Shown: in pieces, positions 9,928 through 18,912 of the stretch
How the letters are laid out: every line of letters starts with the position of its first letter
Numbering within the stretch: the stretch's first letter is position 1
NCBI GenBank assembly: GCA_050950825.1
Contig: JBMNIH010000003.1
Span: 403,851 to 467,850 of the forward strand
Length of the DNA stretch: 64,000 nucleotides
Reading direction: 5' to 3'
Origin: Clostridia bacterium
GTDB lineage: Bacteria > Bacillota > Clostridia > JAAYHZ01
Translations under genes and position numbers: made by a program
The notes under the pieces: generated by a model
What the model saw: only the letters and a program-made list of their open reading frames with translations
Databases searched by the model: none
Told to the model about the DNA's origin: nothing

Positions 9928-10848
9928 TTATAGCTTTTCCGGATACTTGCCTTCCCTCACCATTTTGAGTATGGCTTCTTTTACTCGCGGCTTGTCTTCG
10001 GCATACGTGACTCCGTACCATAAGTCCTTGGATTTTAGCACTCTTACCTTCGCCGTACCGGAGGACAGCAACTCGTCCACCGCAAAGGGCAAGTAAAACT
10101 CGGCGGTTTCAAGGTTTCGGTCTTCGTCCGATAAGAACAAAACGAATTGCTCCTTCAGTTTATCAAAGAACTCCGGAGTAAATCCCCACATATTCATGGA
10201 TACTATGGACATGGGATCTACTTCCGTCCAGTCGGAGGTTTTTTCGTCGTAATACTTGGTACCGTCGTAAAAGACTTGGATTTTCGTTCTTTCAACGATT
10301 CGGGTAAGATAACCGGATTCGTTGATGGTACAGATCCCTCTTGCCACATGACCGTGTTCGGTCAGGGTATTTTTCAAAATATACCCTACCATACAGTAGC
10401 GATACGGTTCTTTTTGCTCGGACAAATAGTCGTGTATCAATTGAAAGGCTTCTTTGCCGTAATAATCGTCCGCATTAATAACGCAAAAAGGGTTTTTGAC
10501 CGCGTTTCTTGCCGAATAGACGGCATGCCCTGTACCCCAAGGCTTGATACGGTTTTCCGGTACCTGAAATCCTGCAGGGATATCGTGAATATCTTGAAAA
10601 ACATATTGAACCGCCATTCTTTCCTCTATTTTACGGCCGATCTTTTCTTTAAAAAGCTCTTCGTGTTCTTTTTTAATAATAAATACGACCTCATCGAATC
10701 CGGCCAATTTGGCATCGTAAATGGAATATTCCAATATACTTTCGCCGCCGGGTCCGAAGGAGTCCATTTGCTTTAATCCGCCGTACCTGCTTCCCATCCC
10801 TGCCGCCATAACAACTAAAGTTGTTTTCAAACCATTCTCCTCCTTCAT
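9928..10848 (-). CDS. Sugar-phosphate nucleotidyltransferase
   Basis: LVVMAAGMGSRYGGLKQ, KPWGTGHAV, INADDYYG; start may be TTG at 10830. Confidence 0.9.
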   Translation of the reverse strand: MKEENGLKTTLVVMAAGMGSRYGGLKQMDSFGPGGESILEYSIYDAKLAGFDEVVFIIKKEHEELFKEKIGRKIEERMAVQYVFQDIHDIPAGFQVPENRIKPWGTGHAVYSARNAVKNPFCVINADDYYGKEAFQLIHDYLSEQKEPYRYCMVGYILKNTLTEHGHVARGICTINESGYLTRIVERTKIQVFYDGTKYYDEKTSDWTEVDPMSIVSMNMWGFTPEFFDKLKEQFVLFLSDEDRNLETAEFYLPFAVDELLSSGTAKVRVLKSKDLWYGVTYAEDKPRVKEAILKMVREGKYPEKL

Positions 10849-10886
10849 TCGCCGAGATCAAACTTGTCTTCATTATTGTACACCCA

Positions 10887-11675
10887 TTAAGAATGTAAAT
10901 CAATGGAAACCTTTCGCTTCATAAACCATCGTACCGTTTCTTCGTATGACATGGGACCGCCGAAAATATCCAAAGCACTTCCGATGGTGGCGTTGATTTT
11001 CCCTTTTCCGGCCTGTGCGAACTCCTCCAGGTCCAAAAGCCCGGAAATCCCGCCGGCGTAGGTAACCGGAATCCTTGCGCAGCGAGCCAAAAGAAGGGTA
11101 AGGTCTTTGTCGAAGCCAAGCTTCTTTCCTTCCACATCCACGCCGTGGACCAAAAACTCGCTGCAGTATTCTTCCAATAGCCGTATGTTTTGCTCCGACA
11201 GCTCGAAATCGGTAAAACGCTGCCAGCGGTCCGTCACCACATAGTAACGGCCTTCTTTCTTTCTACAGCTTAAATCCAGAACCAAACGATCTTTGCCGAC
11301 AAGATCGACCATTTCTTTCAATCGTTCAAAATCCAACCGCCCGTCGCGGAAGATATAGGAGGTGACGATGACGTGAGATGCGCCCTTCGAAAGATAAAAC
11401 AAAGCGTTGTCCGGCGTGATGCCTCCCCCGATTTGAAGGCCTCCGGGAAAGGCGGCAAGCGCACGAAAGGCCGCTTCTTCGTTTCCTTTGCCCAGCATGA
11501 TGATGTGCCCTCCGTACAAGCCGTCCTTTTGAAACAAACGGGCATAGTATTCCGGGGGCTTTTCGGAAACAAAGTTTTCCGTCGGCTTTTCTCGGTCATC
11601 CAATGTGCTTCCTACAATTTGTTTGACTTTTCCTTCGTGCAAATCGATACAAGGTCGAAACTCCAAAAAAGTCAC
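10887..11675 (-). CDS. hisA: ProFAR isomerase (HisA), eukaryotic His6-like type
   Basis: FRPCIDLHEGKVKQIVGSTL, GGHIIMLG, LVLDLSCR, EFLVHGVDVEG, TIGSALDIFGG. Confidence 0.9.
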   Translation of the reverse strand: MTFLEFRPCIDLHEGKVKQIVGSTLDDREKPTENFVSEKPPEYYARLFQKDGLYGGHIIMLGKGNEEAAFRALAAFPGGLQIGGGITPDNALFYLSKGASHVIVTSYIFRDGRLDFERLKEMVDLVGKDRLVLDLSCRKKEGRYYVVTDRWQRFTDFELSEQNIRLLEEYCSEFLVHGVDVEGKKLGFDKDLTLLLARCARIPVTYAGGISGLLDLEEFAQAGKGKINATIGSALDIFGGPMSYEETVRWFMKRKVSIDLHS

Positions 11676-11702
11676 CTCCGCATTTTTTCTATATCTGATA
11701 TA

Positions 11703-13592
11703 TTACAATTCTTCATAAAGCTTTTCCAACTCTTTTTGCAGCATTCCGTATTCCGCAAACAATTCCGGGTTGTACTCCTTGTTCATCATCTCTTCCAGCT
11801 CCTGCAGCCGATTCTCTTTTTCCGTAATCAAGACTTCCATTTTCCGAAACCTTTGCTGCTCCGGATCCGGCTCTTCCTGCCGGTCTTTTTTGCTGTCGGC
11901 AGAGTCCGTCTTTTTATTTTTCGAAGAGCTTTCTTTTTGAGGCTTTGAATCCTGCCCGTTTTCCGTCCTTCTTTTTCTTTCGGCGCTGTATTGTTCATAA
12001 CCGTCCGGGTAAGATACGAATCGATAATCTTTAATTTCCAAAATTCGATTCATACAATGGGATAGGAAATACCGATCATGGGATACGGCAATCACCGTTC
12101 CTTTGTAGTCGGCAATCATTTCTTCCAAACGATCCCGGGAATCCGCATCCAAATGGTTCGTCGGTTCGTCCATAATCAAGCAAAAAGGATCATTCATCAA
12201 AAGCAATGCCAATTTCAAACGAACTTTTTCTCCTCCGCTTAAAATACGAATGCTTTTGTCCGCCTCGTTGCCGAAAAAGCCGTAATCCGAAAGAATATGC
12301 AAGGCTTCTTTTCGGTCCAAATCGAATGTTTTTGCCACCTCTTCCCATACGGCGGCATCTTCGTTTTGAAATTCCACCGTCTGGCCTAAGTAAGCGTATT
12401 TCACCCAATCTCCTAAAACCGCCGTTCCTTGGTAATCCTTATCGATACCGATCAAAATGTTGATCAACGTGGTTTTTCCGCAGCCGTTAGGTCCTACAAT
12501 GCCCACCTTCTCTCCGCCCCGTATTAAAAATTCCGCTCGATCAAAAATCTTTACGGGACCATAGGATTTGGATAAATTTTTCGCGTAGGCAATCTCGGCA
12601 CTGACATGGACGTTTTCAACTTCCTTCAGTTTGAGGCCGGGACCGTCCTTTAAGGGCCCTTGTCCCGAAACTTCCGATATTTGCTCCAAAGACCGGGTCA
12701 AGCGTTCCAGCGTTTTTTCACGGCTGTGATATGCCCCTATTTGGTTGCGGCTTTTTAAATCTTGAATCAGCTTTTGCGTTTCTTTTATTTCCCGAACCAG
12801 TTTTTTTCTTTCCTTTTGGTAAAACTCTTGCTGCGATCTTTTTTGGTTAAGGTAAGAAGTATAGGAGGAGGCTTTGCTTTCCGCCGCCATACCGCCTCTT
12901 AATTCGACGATTCGGGTAGTCACACGGTCTAAAAAGTATCGGTCGTGGGATACCAGCAAAACACCGCCGCCGTAGGATAAAAGAAAGTTTTCCAACCACT
13001 CCACCGCATCGATATCCAAATGGTTGGTAGGCTCGTCCAAAAGGAGCAATTCGGGGCTCTCCAGCAAGATCCAAGCCAAAGCAACCCGAATTTTTTCACC
13101 GCCGCTTAAATTGGCCAAAGGAATACGAAGCACTTCTTTTTTTAAACCCAATCCGTTTAATATTTTCATCAAAGACGCTTCCGTTTTGTGGCCGTCCAAG
13201 CTTTGGAACAAATCCAAAGCCTTTTGGTATTCGGAAAGCAAACGCTTGTATTCTTCTTCGCTTTGCTCTTGGCTCATTCGGTGTTCCAATTCTTCAATTC
13301 GTTTTTCCACCCGCAGAATTTTCTCGTATTCCAATGCGGTATGGCGAGAAAAGATCTCGTCCGTATCGGCGCTTTGAGACAAATATCCGGTTTTTATGCC
13401 GTGGGCTTTTATTACCGTACCGGAATCCGGTACTTCCGTTCCGTTGATAATTTTCAAAAGGGTGGTTTTGCCGGCACCGTTAGGACCGATTAATGCGACC
13501 CGGTCCCCTTTTTGCACCGTTAAACTCACGTTATTTAAAACGACTCGATTTCTATATTCTTTTATAATATTCGTAACAGCTAATAAACTCAT
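11703..13592 (-). CDS. ABC-F family ribosome-associated ATPase (candidate ribosomal protection protein)
   Basis: Two ABC domains (GPNGAGKT/GPNGCGKT, LSGGE, DEPTNHLD twice), no TM segments, coiled-coil linker and C-terminal extension. Confidence 0.92.
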   Translation of the reverse strand: MSLLAVTNIIKEYRNRVVLNNVSLTVQKGDRVALIGPNGAGKTTLLKIINGTEVPDSGTVIKAHGIKTGYLSQSADTDEIFSRHTALEYEKILRVEKRIEELEHRMSQEQSEEEYKRLLSEYQKALDLFQSLDGHKTEASLMKILNGLGLKKEVLRIPLANLSGGEKIRVALAWILLESPELLLLDEPTNHLDIDAVEWLENFLLSYGGGVLLVSHDRYFLDRVTTRIVELRGGMAAESKASSYTSYLNQKRSQQEFYQKERKKLVREIKETQKLIQDLKSRNQIGAYHSREKTLERLTRSLEQISEVSGQGPLKDGPGLKLKEVENVHVSAEIAYAKNLSKSYGPVKIFDRAEFLIRGGEKVGIVGPNGCGKTTLINILIGIDKDYQGTAVLGDWVKYAYLGQTVEFQNEDAAVWEEVAKTFDLDRKEALHILSDYGFFGNEADKSIRILSGGEKVRLKLALLLMNDPFCLIMDEPTNHLDADSRDRLEEMIADYKGTVIAVSHDRYFLSHCMNRILEIKDYRFVSYPDGYEQYSAERKRRTENGQDSKPQKESSSKNKKTDSADSKKDRQEEPDPEQQRFRKMEVLITEKENRLQELEEMMNKEYNPELFAEYGMLQKELEKLYEEL

Positions 13593-13595
13593 TGA

Positions 13596-13660
13596 TAAAC
13601 CTCCATTAAAAAAACGTACAAACGACCCTAAAAAGTCGTATTCACCGTAATGGAGTTTAC
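13596..13660 (-). promoter_or_regulatory. RBS-sequestering hairpin in the ABC-F leader
   Basis: On the minus strand GTAAACTCCATTA pairs with TAATGGAGGTTTAT, which contains the SD; inner ACGAC/GTCGT stem. Confidence 0.65.
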
Positions 13661-13793
13661 AAGGGGTAGATTATGAATGGAAAACAGGAAATAAGGACGC
13701 GGCAAAGGGACAATAGAAAGCTTCTTTCTATCGTTTCAACCTTTTCCGGCTACCCGCTGTAAAATCCGCTTCGTGCAATCGGGAGCCTGAAAA

Positions 13794-13856
13794 TCAGAAT
13801 TGCCCGAAGCGAATGCCGAAGTAGCAAACTCTTGCCGCATAAGAAATGTTCAGCAT
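13794..13856 (-). CDS. Putative 20-aa leader peptide MLNISYAARVCYFGIRFGQF
   Basis: AGGAAGGA RBS then ATG...TGA inside the ABC-F leader; 3' end lies in a hairpin. Confidence 0.55.
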   Translation of the reverse strand: MLNISYAARVCYFGIRFGQF

Positions 13857-13904
13857 TACAAAAATCCTTCCTGTAAAGGTACAAAACCTTTCGATACTTC
13901 TTTT

Positions 13905-13933
13905 ATTATACTCTTAAACCGAAAAGAAGTCAA
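13905..13933 (-). promoter_or_regulatory. Sigma-A promoter for the ABC-F leader
   Basis: TTGACT-17bp-TATAAT. Confidence 0.75.
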
Positions 13934-16122
13934 TCTTCCAAGTATTCGATGTTCTTTCCCTCGGGATATAATACGTACAGCCGGTGAAGAGCCCTGCTGC
14001 AGGCGGTATAAAACAATTTGCGTTCTCCTTCACCGCTAAACATATCCTCGGGAGTGGCAACCACAATCACCGTGTCAAATTCCAGTCCCTTTGCCAAATA
14101 AGATGGGATGGCCGATATTCCGTGATAAAATTCCACGCCACGGCTGTCGATAAGGCGCATAGGCCAATGACGGCTCAGTGTAACATACAAATCCGTAGAC
14201 GTTTTTTTGCTTCGTCCGATCAACGCGACGGACCTTCGTTCCCCGCTGTGCTCCTTGATGAGCCCCGACAATTGCTCCGCCAGCTGCTCCGGACTCTCGT
14301 AAGGAATTACTTGGGGCTTCGGACCGTGGCGGTTCACCGCTTCCTGCTCATCGATTTTTAAGCCTACCAGCCGATTGCAAAATTCCGTGATCTCGAAAGT
14401 GGACCGATACGACTTCGGCATATGAATATGATTAAATTCCTCTTCCTCCGTCAGTTCTTTGATAACCTCCATACTCCCCACATTACTTAAGGGATTGATG
14501 GCTTGGTTGATATCCCCTAACAGCGTCAAATCCGCTTGCCTATAATAAGCCCTTACCGCCATAATCTGCAACGGTGAATAATCCTGAACCTCGTCGATAA
14601 CCGTATGCTTTATTTTTCTTCGGTCCTCGTCTTCTTTCGTGATCCGTGAATGGATGTATAAAATAGGGGCTATATCTTCAAAAGGCACGATACGGTTTTT
14701 TAAATTTCTTAAGGTGATACGAATTCCGCTTATCTTCTTTTGCTCGGTAACCTTTTTCAAAAACGAGGCATACATATTCACCGGCTCGGCGGAAAGCAAT
14801 TGGGAAACGGCCGCCACAATATCGATGAACTTTTCATTGATTTGCATACGAGCCACCGCTTTGGCTTCTTTTTCATCCGTATATTCGCCGGTCTCCCAAA
14901 GACGATCGGCGGCTTGGTTAATCATCTCTTTTTTTACCTTGCTTAAAACGGTTTCGATGTAGGTCTTTACTCGTTCCATTCGGTAAGAATATTGCAGGTA
15001 TTTGGCCGATGCGTAAAGCTCTCGAAGCTTGGATTTCGTGATTATCACTTGACCGTCGATTTCAATATCGTCAAAATCGGGACCCGAATCGATATATCGG
15101 TTCACGTGGTCTTCCAAAAGCCGAGCGAATTCAAGGGAATTTTTCCAACGAATAAGCTCGTGTATATTCGATACGTTTTTTGTTTTTAAGTAGCGTTCCA
15201 TCAGCTCGCCTTGGGACAGCACCTTGAACTCCGGTCCCAATACGATCCTGCCTAAATCCGTAAAGGTTTTCATGACCACATTTTGCTCCCCTAAGTCCGG
15301 AAGCACGTCGGAAATGTAGTCGTTGAATATTTTGTTGGGGGTCAGCGCAACAATTTGATCCGCCTTTATTCGATCCCTGTTCTTGTACAACAGCCATGCG
15401 ATTCGGTGAAGAGCCACCGATGTTTTACCGGACCCTGCAGGACCGGTTACCAACAACACCTTTGATCTGCGGTCGCGAATCGCCTTATTTTGCTCTTGCT
15501 GAATGGTACGTACGATAACGGACATTTTCTCATCGGTGTTCTTCGATAGAATTTCTTGGAGTATTTCGTCATCGATCTTGACGGTGGTGTCAAAAGCACC
15601 GACGATTTTATCTTTCTCAATTTTATACTGCCTCTTCAAGGTCAATTCCGTTAGAACCGTTCCCCCGGGACTTTCGTATGTTAAAGTTCCCAATCGATCT
15701 TCATAAAACAAAGAGCAGATATCCGCTCTCCAATCGCAGATTAATATCTCTCGGTCCTTTTCCAGCGTCGATGTTCCGATATAGATGGTTTCGGTTTCAT
15801 TATCCGGGTATCGAAGATCAATCCGTCCGAAATAGGGGGTTTTTCTTAGCAAAAGCAAATTGTAGTAGATTCGCTTGGCATTTTCCGCACCGGTCAATGT
15901 GGTCTTGATCATTTGAATATATTGGTTATATTGCAAATGCTGCTGCACATCCCCGGGGATGAATGCGCCTACATCCTCCCATAATTCTTTATTCAATTCT
16001 CGGTATTCTTTATTCAGCTTCTCCCTGATCTCGGTGTACTCGCCGATTTTTTCTTCTAACACCTCGATAATATAGTCAAGATGTTTTTGTTCCAGTTCCA
16101 TTTCCCTTGCAGGTATTGCCAT
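13930..16122 (-). CDS. helD: HelD-family RNA polymerase recycling ATPase (UvrD-like)
   Basis: PYFGRID, YIG, DWRA, IVRTIQQEQN, GPAGSGKTSVALHRIAWL, DEVQD, KGLEFD, YTACSRALH. Confidence 0.9.
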   Translation of the reverse strand: MAIPAREMELEQKHLDYIIEVLEEKIGEYTEIREKLNKEYRELNKELWEDVGAFIPGDVQQHLQYNQYIQMIKTTLTGAENAKRIYYNLLLLRKTPYFGRIDLRYPDNETETIYIGTSTLEKDREILICDWRADICSLFYEDRLGTLTYESPGGTVLTELTLKRQYKIEKDKIVGAFDTTVKIDDEILQEILSKNTDEKMSVIVRTIQQEQNKAIRDRRSKVLLVTGPAGSGKTSVALHRIAWLLYKNRDRIKADQIVALTPNKIFNDYISDVLPDLGEQNVVMKTFTDLGRIVLGPEFKVLSQGELMERYLKTKNVSNIHELIRWKNSLEFARLLEDHVNRYIDSGPDFDDIEIDGQVIITKSKLRELYASAKYLQYSYRMERVKTYIETVLSKVKKEMINQAADRLWETGEYTDEKEAKAVARMQINEKFIDIVAAVSQLLSAEPVNMYASFLKKVTEQKKISGIRITLRNLKNRIVPFEDIAPILYIHSRITKEDEDRRKIKHTVIDEVQDYSPLQIMAVRAYYRQADLTLLGDINQAINPLSNVGSMEVIKELTEEEEFNHIHMPKSYRSTFEITEFCNRLVGLKIDEQEAVNRHGPKPQVIPYESPEQLAEQLSGLIKEHSGERRSVALIGRSKKTSTDLYVTLSRHWPMRLIDSRGVEFYHGISAIPSYLAKGLEFDTVIVVATPEDMFSGEGERKLFYTACSRALHRLYVLYPEGKNIEYLED

Positions 16123-16162
16123 CTTAACCCTCCGTTCTAGAAAAGGAAAAAATCATTTATCT

Positions 16163-16191
16163 ATTGTATCAACTGTGTAAATTTATGTCAA
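16163..16191 (-). promoter_or_regulatory. Sigma-A promoter for helD
   Basis: TTGACA-17bp-TACAAT. Confidence 0.7.
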
Positions 16192-16254
16192 CCTATTAAA
16201 AAGTTCCGTTCACAGTATTAAGATGTCCCGCATCGTTCTTTTGACAACCGGAAA

Positions 16255-17373
16255 TTATCGGTTTTTGCGAACAATCCAAAGCACGACAAAGCATACGGTG
16301 ATGACCGATCCTAAAAAACCGAATACCGGATAGATTGCGGCGATTAAAGAATCGAACCCTAAAGGCAGCGCCAAAACGGATAGCAAGCTCAAAAGCAAAA
16401 GGGTTGTTTCCTTTTTTAAGGGAAGCTTTTTTACGGCCCGTTCCGTTACGATCATGCCGGAATTAAAACCGGTGTATAAAATGCACAGCAAAAGAACCGC
16501 GGCAAAAAAGATTCGAACAATTTGAAAATTTTCTTCCGTCATGTCCAATAAGGGAAAGCTGTGGGTTCCCCGATACCAAAACCATAATACCAAGTGGATT
16601 AAAAACGACAAAACAAACAATACGGCTCCTCCTGCAATGCTTCCGGCGACGGCGCTTTTTTCCGACGAGGCGGAGTTACACGCTTTGCAAAGCAAATCCG
16701 CCGACACAAAGGAGTTGTATCCCACGTAAAACACCGCCGAAAGAAACCAAGAGCCAAAGCCTTGGACAAAATAGGCTGAAAACACCTTGATAAGCCTTCC
16801 CGCTACAATGGCAAACAATACCGTTCCGGTTCCGCACAGCATGAGAAGCCGCATCCAACCGGCGAAGGGTTTGCTTTGAATATCGAATATACAGTAAAGA
16901 TAAAACAACAGCACGTACAAAGCGTATGCATAAAGAGGCGGAACAAAAACGATTTCGTTCCATATTTTCGTCCAAGCGCTCAACATCAGCACAAACAAGC
17001 AAAAGGAAAAAAGAGTTCCCGTTACATGGGCAAAACCGGCAAAATATTGGCCGCCTGCGGCTTTGTATAAATCGATCAGCCGATCGGCTCCGGTTTTATA
17101 CACCGTTCGAACCACGGCGTAGCCGAAAAACGAATACAAAACGGAAGCCGCAACAATTCCGTAAAAACCCTTCATTCCGTAAGAGGTAAAAAAATGAAGA
17201 ACCTCGTTTCCCGAGGCAAAGCCCACGCCCATTACGGAACAAGCATAGATCAGACCGATAGCGGCTCCGGTAAGATTTTTCCTTCGGTAAGGGGCTAAAG
17301 TCCGTTTTTTTGTATTGTACTTTTCCAAATCGTATTTTTTGTTCTCGGTGATAACAAGGGCTCTTTCATCCAT
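16255..17373 (-). CDS. YkvI-like polytopic membrane protein
   Basis: GVGFASGNEVLHFF, YVGYN, GFDSLIAAIYPVFG motifs; about 10 TM segments. Confidence 0.75.
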   Translation of the reverse strand: MDERALVITENKKYDLEKYNTKKRTLAPYRRKNLTGAAIGLIYACSVMGVGFASGNEVLHFFTSYGMKGFYGIVAASVLYSFFGYAVVRTVYKTGADRLIDLYKAAGGQYFAGFAHVTGTLFSFCLFVLMLSAWTKIWNEIVFVPPLYAYALYVLLFYLYCIFDIQSKPFAGWMRLLMLCGTGTVLFAIVAGRLIKVFSAYFVQGFGSWFLSAVFYVGYNSFVSADLLCKACNSASSEKSAVAGSIAGGAVLFVLSFLIHLVLWFWYRGTHSFPLLDMTEENFQIVRIFFAAVLLLCILYTGFNSGMIVTERAVKKLPLKKETTLLLLSLLSVLALPLGFDSLIAAIYPVFGFLGSVITVCFVVLWIVRKNR

Positions 17374-17416
17374 AAAAAAATCGACCTCCGTATAATCATC
17401 TTTATTCGGAGGTCGA
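17374..17416 (-). terminator. Intrinsic terminator overlapping the RBS of the ykvI-like gene
   Basis: Minus strand TCGACCTCCG-16nt-CGGAGGTCGA-TTTTTTT immediately followed by ATG. Confidence 0.7.
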
Positions 17417-17442
17417 TAGGAACATTCCGGTATTTCTATTCG

Positions 17443-18912
17443 TTATTCATTCGCTACATTGACATGGTTCATGAGATTTTCGAACATTTCCATGAGTCCT
17501 TGTTTACCGTAGAATTCTCTGCGGTTGACAATCATACCCGTGTACTCGCCGTTCTTCATGCACCAGTAATTTTGTCCGTCCGGCATGGGGATATAATCCA
17601 TGACTACGGTTCCGGTTCCGTCATTCAATTCGAAGATGTAAGTCACCTCAGGCTCGCCCTGCGGCTGTGCCGCCGTATCGATCTTCGACAGAAGCGTACC
17701 TATGACGGCTTGGTAATACAGTCTCCATACTTGGTGACCTTCCTCGTCCTTCATCACCGCTTCTCTTCCGTTGATGTAGAATACATCCTTCGAAGGATCG
17801 CTTTCGTGAGGTTGAATGATGGACACTTGGTCCGGTTGGCCTTTTACCTTCACCGTCAATTTGTCTACTTTCTTGTAGTTAACAATGTAAGTAAACAGCT
17901 GCATGATTTCGGTCAAGGGCTTGTCGATATAGGTCAACGTAGCGGAAGGAACCTTAAACACTTCGTTGCTGTCGTCAAATCTTGCATAGAAGGTGCTGTC
18001 GGATTTGTTCTCTTTGCCTAAATAAACCTGCCTTTTTACGCCTTTAATCGTTTCGAGCTCGAATTCGTAATGAGGCTCATCCAAATGATACTTGGCCAAA
18101 TCCTTGGGATTCTCTTCTACGAAGGTATGCCTGAACAAAGAGATCAGCGATTCGATCAGTGTGTTTATGGTATCGCTGTTGGTATCCGCAGGAATCGGAT
18201 AGTCCAGCAACCAAATGTCGTCCTCGCTTCTTCGAGCGGAAAACAGCTTATCTCCGTCTCTTCCCATGGACAAGGCCACAACTTCGGTAGCCGGGAAGTC
18301 AAAAATGGCGGTGGTTCTCAGCTCATTGATAAAGGGTACGATCTTCCCCGCATTATAGGACTTCACGGTATAGACCGTAGGATCGTCGCCAACCTGAACA
18401 TAACGAGCGGCAACCAAAGGCGCTTTGTCTCCCACCTTCACCGTCATCTTTTCCCCGTTTGTCAAAGTGACCGTAATGGTGCTGGGGTTATCCAAACCGT
18501 ATTTCGACAAGTTCTCAGGCTCTCTTTCGATAATCTTCGTCGATTCCAAGCTTGAAAAATGGGTCGGAATACCGCGAATCAGCAGCTGGTCCAAATCGTT
18601 GTAGCCTTCCGGCTGAACCAAATTCCATATATAGGTTTCATACTCGGTGCCGTCGCTGTTGTAGCCCTTGGTAGGAACGTATTCCAGCTCGATAACCTGC
18701 TCTTTGTTATTGATTAATATATGCTGTATGCTGTACTGATCAACATCGATAAGCCTTACGACTTCCGGATTGGTCTCATCCCCGTTTTGTTCTTGGCCGG
18801 CTTGGATCAAGGGCAAAAGCCATACATAGGACGCCGCAAGAACCAGCACCAATCCCACGAGTATAATCGTACCGCGATATTTTTTGAGGAAATTTTTCTT
18901 TTTTGCACTCAT
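17443..18912 (-). CDS. DUF4340 domain membrane-anchored protein
   Basis: N-terminal TM helix; repeated LSKYGLDNP / LAKYHLDEP motifs; follows the GldG-like gene. Confidence 0.8.
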   Translation of the reverse strand: MSAKKKNFLKKYRGTIILVGLVLVLAASYVWLLPLIQAGQEQNGDETNPEVVRLIDVDQYSIQHILINNKEQVIELEYVPTKGYNSDGTEYETYIWNLVQPEGYNDLDQLLIRGIPTHFSSLESTKIIEREPENLSKYGLDNPSTITVTLTNGEKMTVKVGDKAPLVAARYVQVGDDPTVYTVKSYNAGKIVPFINELRTTAIFDFPATEVVALSMGRDGDKLFSARRSEDDIWLLDYPIPADTNSDTINTLIESLISLFRHTFVEENPKDLAKYHLDEPHYEFELETIKGVKRQVYLGKENKSDSTFYARFDDSNEVFKVPSATLTYIDKPLTEIMQLFTYIVNYKKVDKLTVKVKGQPDQVSIIQPHESDPSKDVFYINGREAVMKDEEGHQVWRLYYQAVIGTLLSKIDTAAQPQGEPEVTYIFELNDGTGTVVMDYIPMPDGQNYWCMKNGEYTGMIVNRREFYGKQGLMEMFENLMNHVNVANE

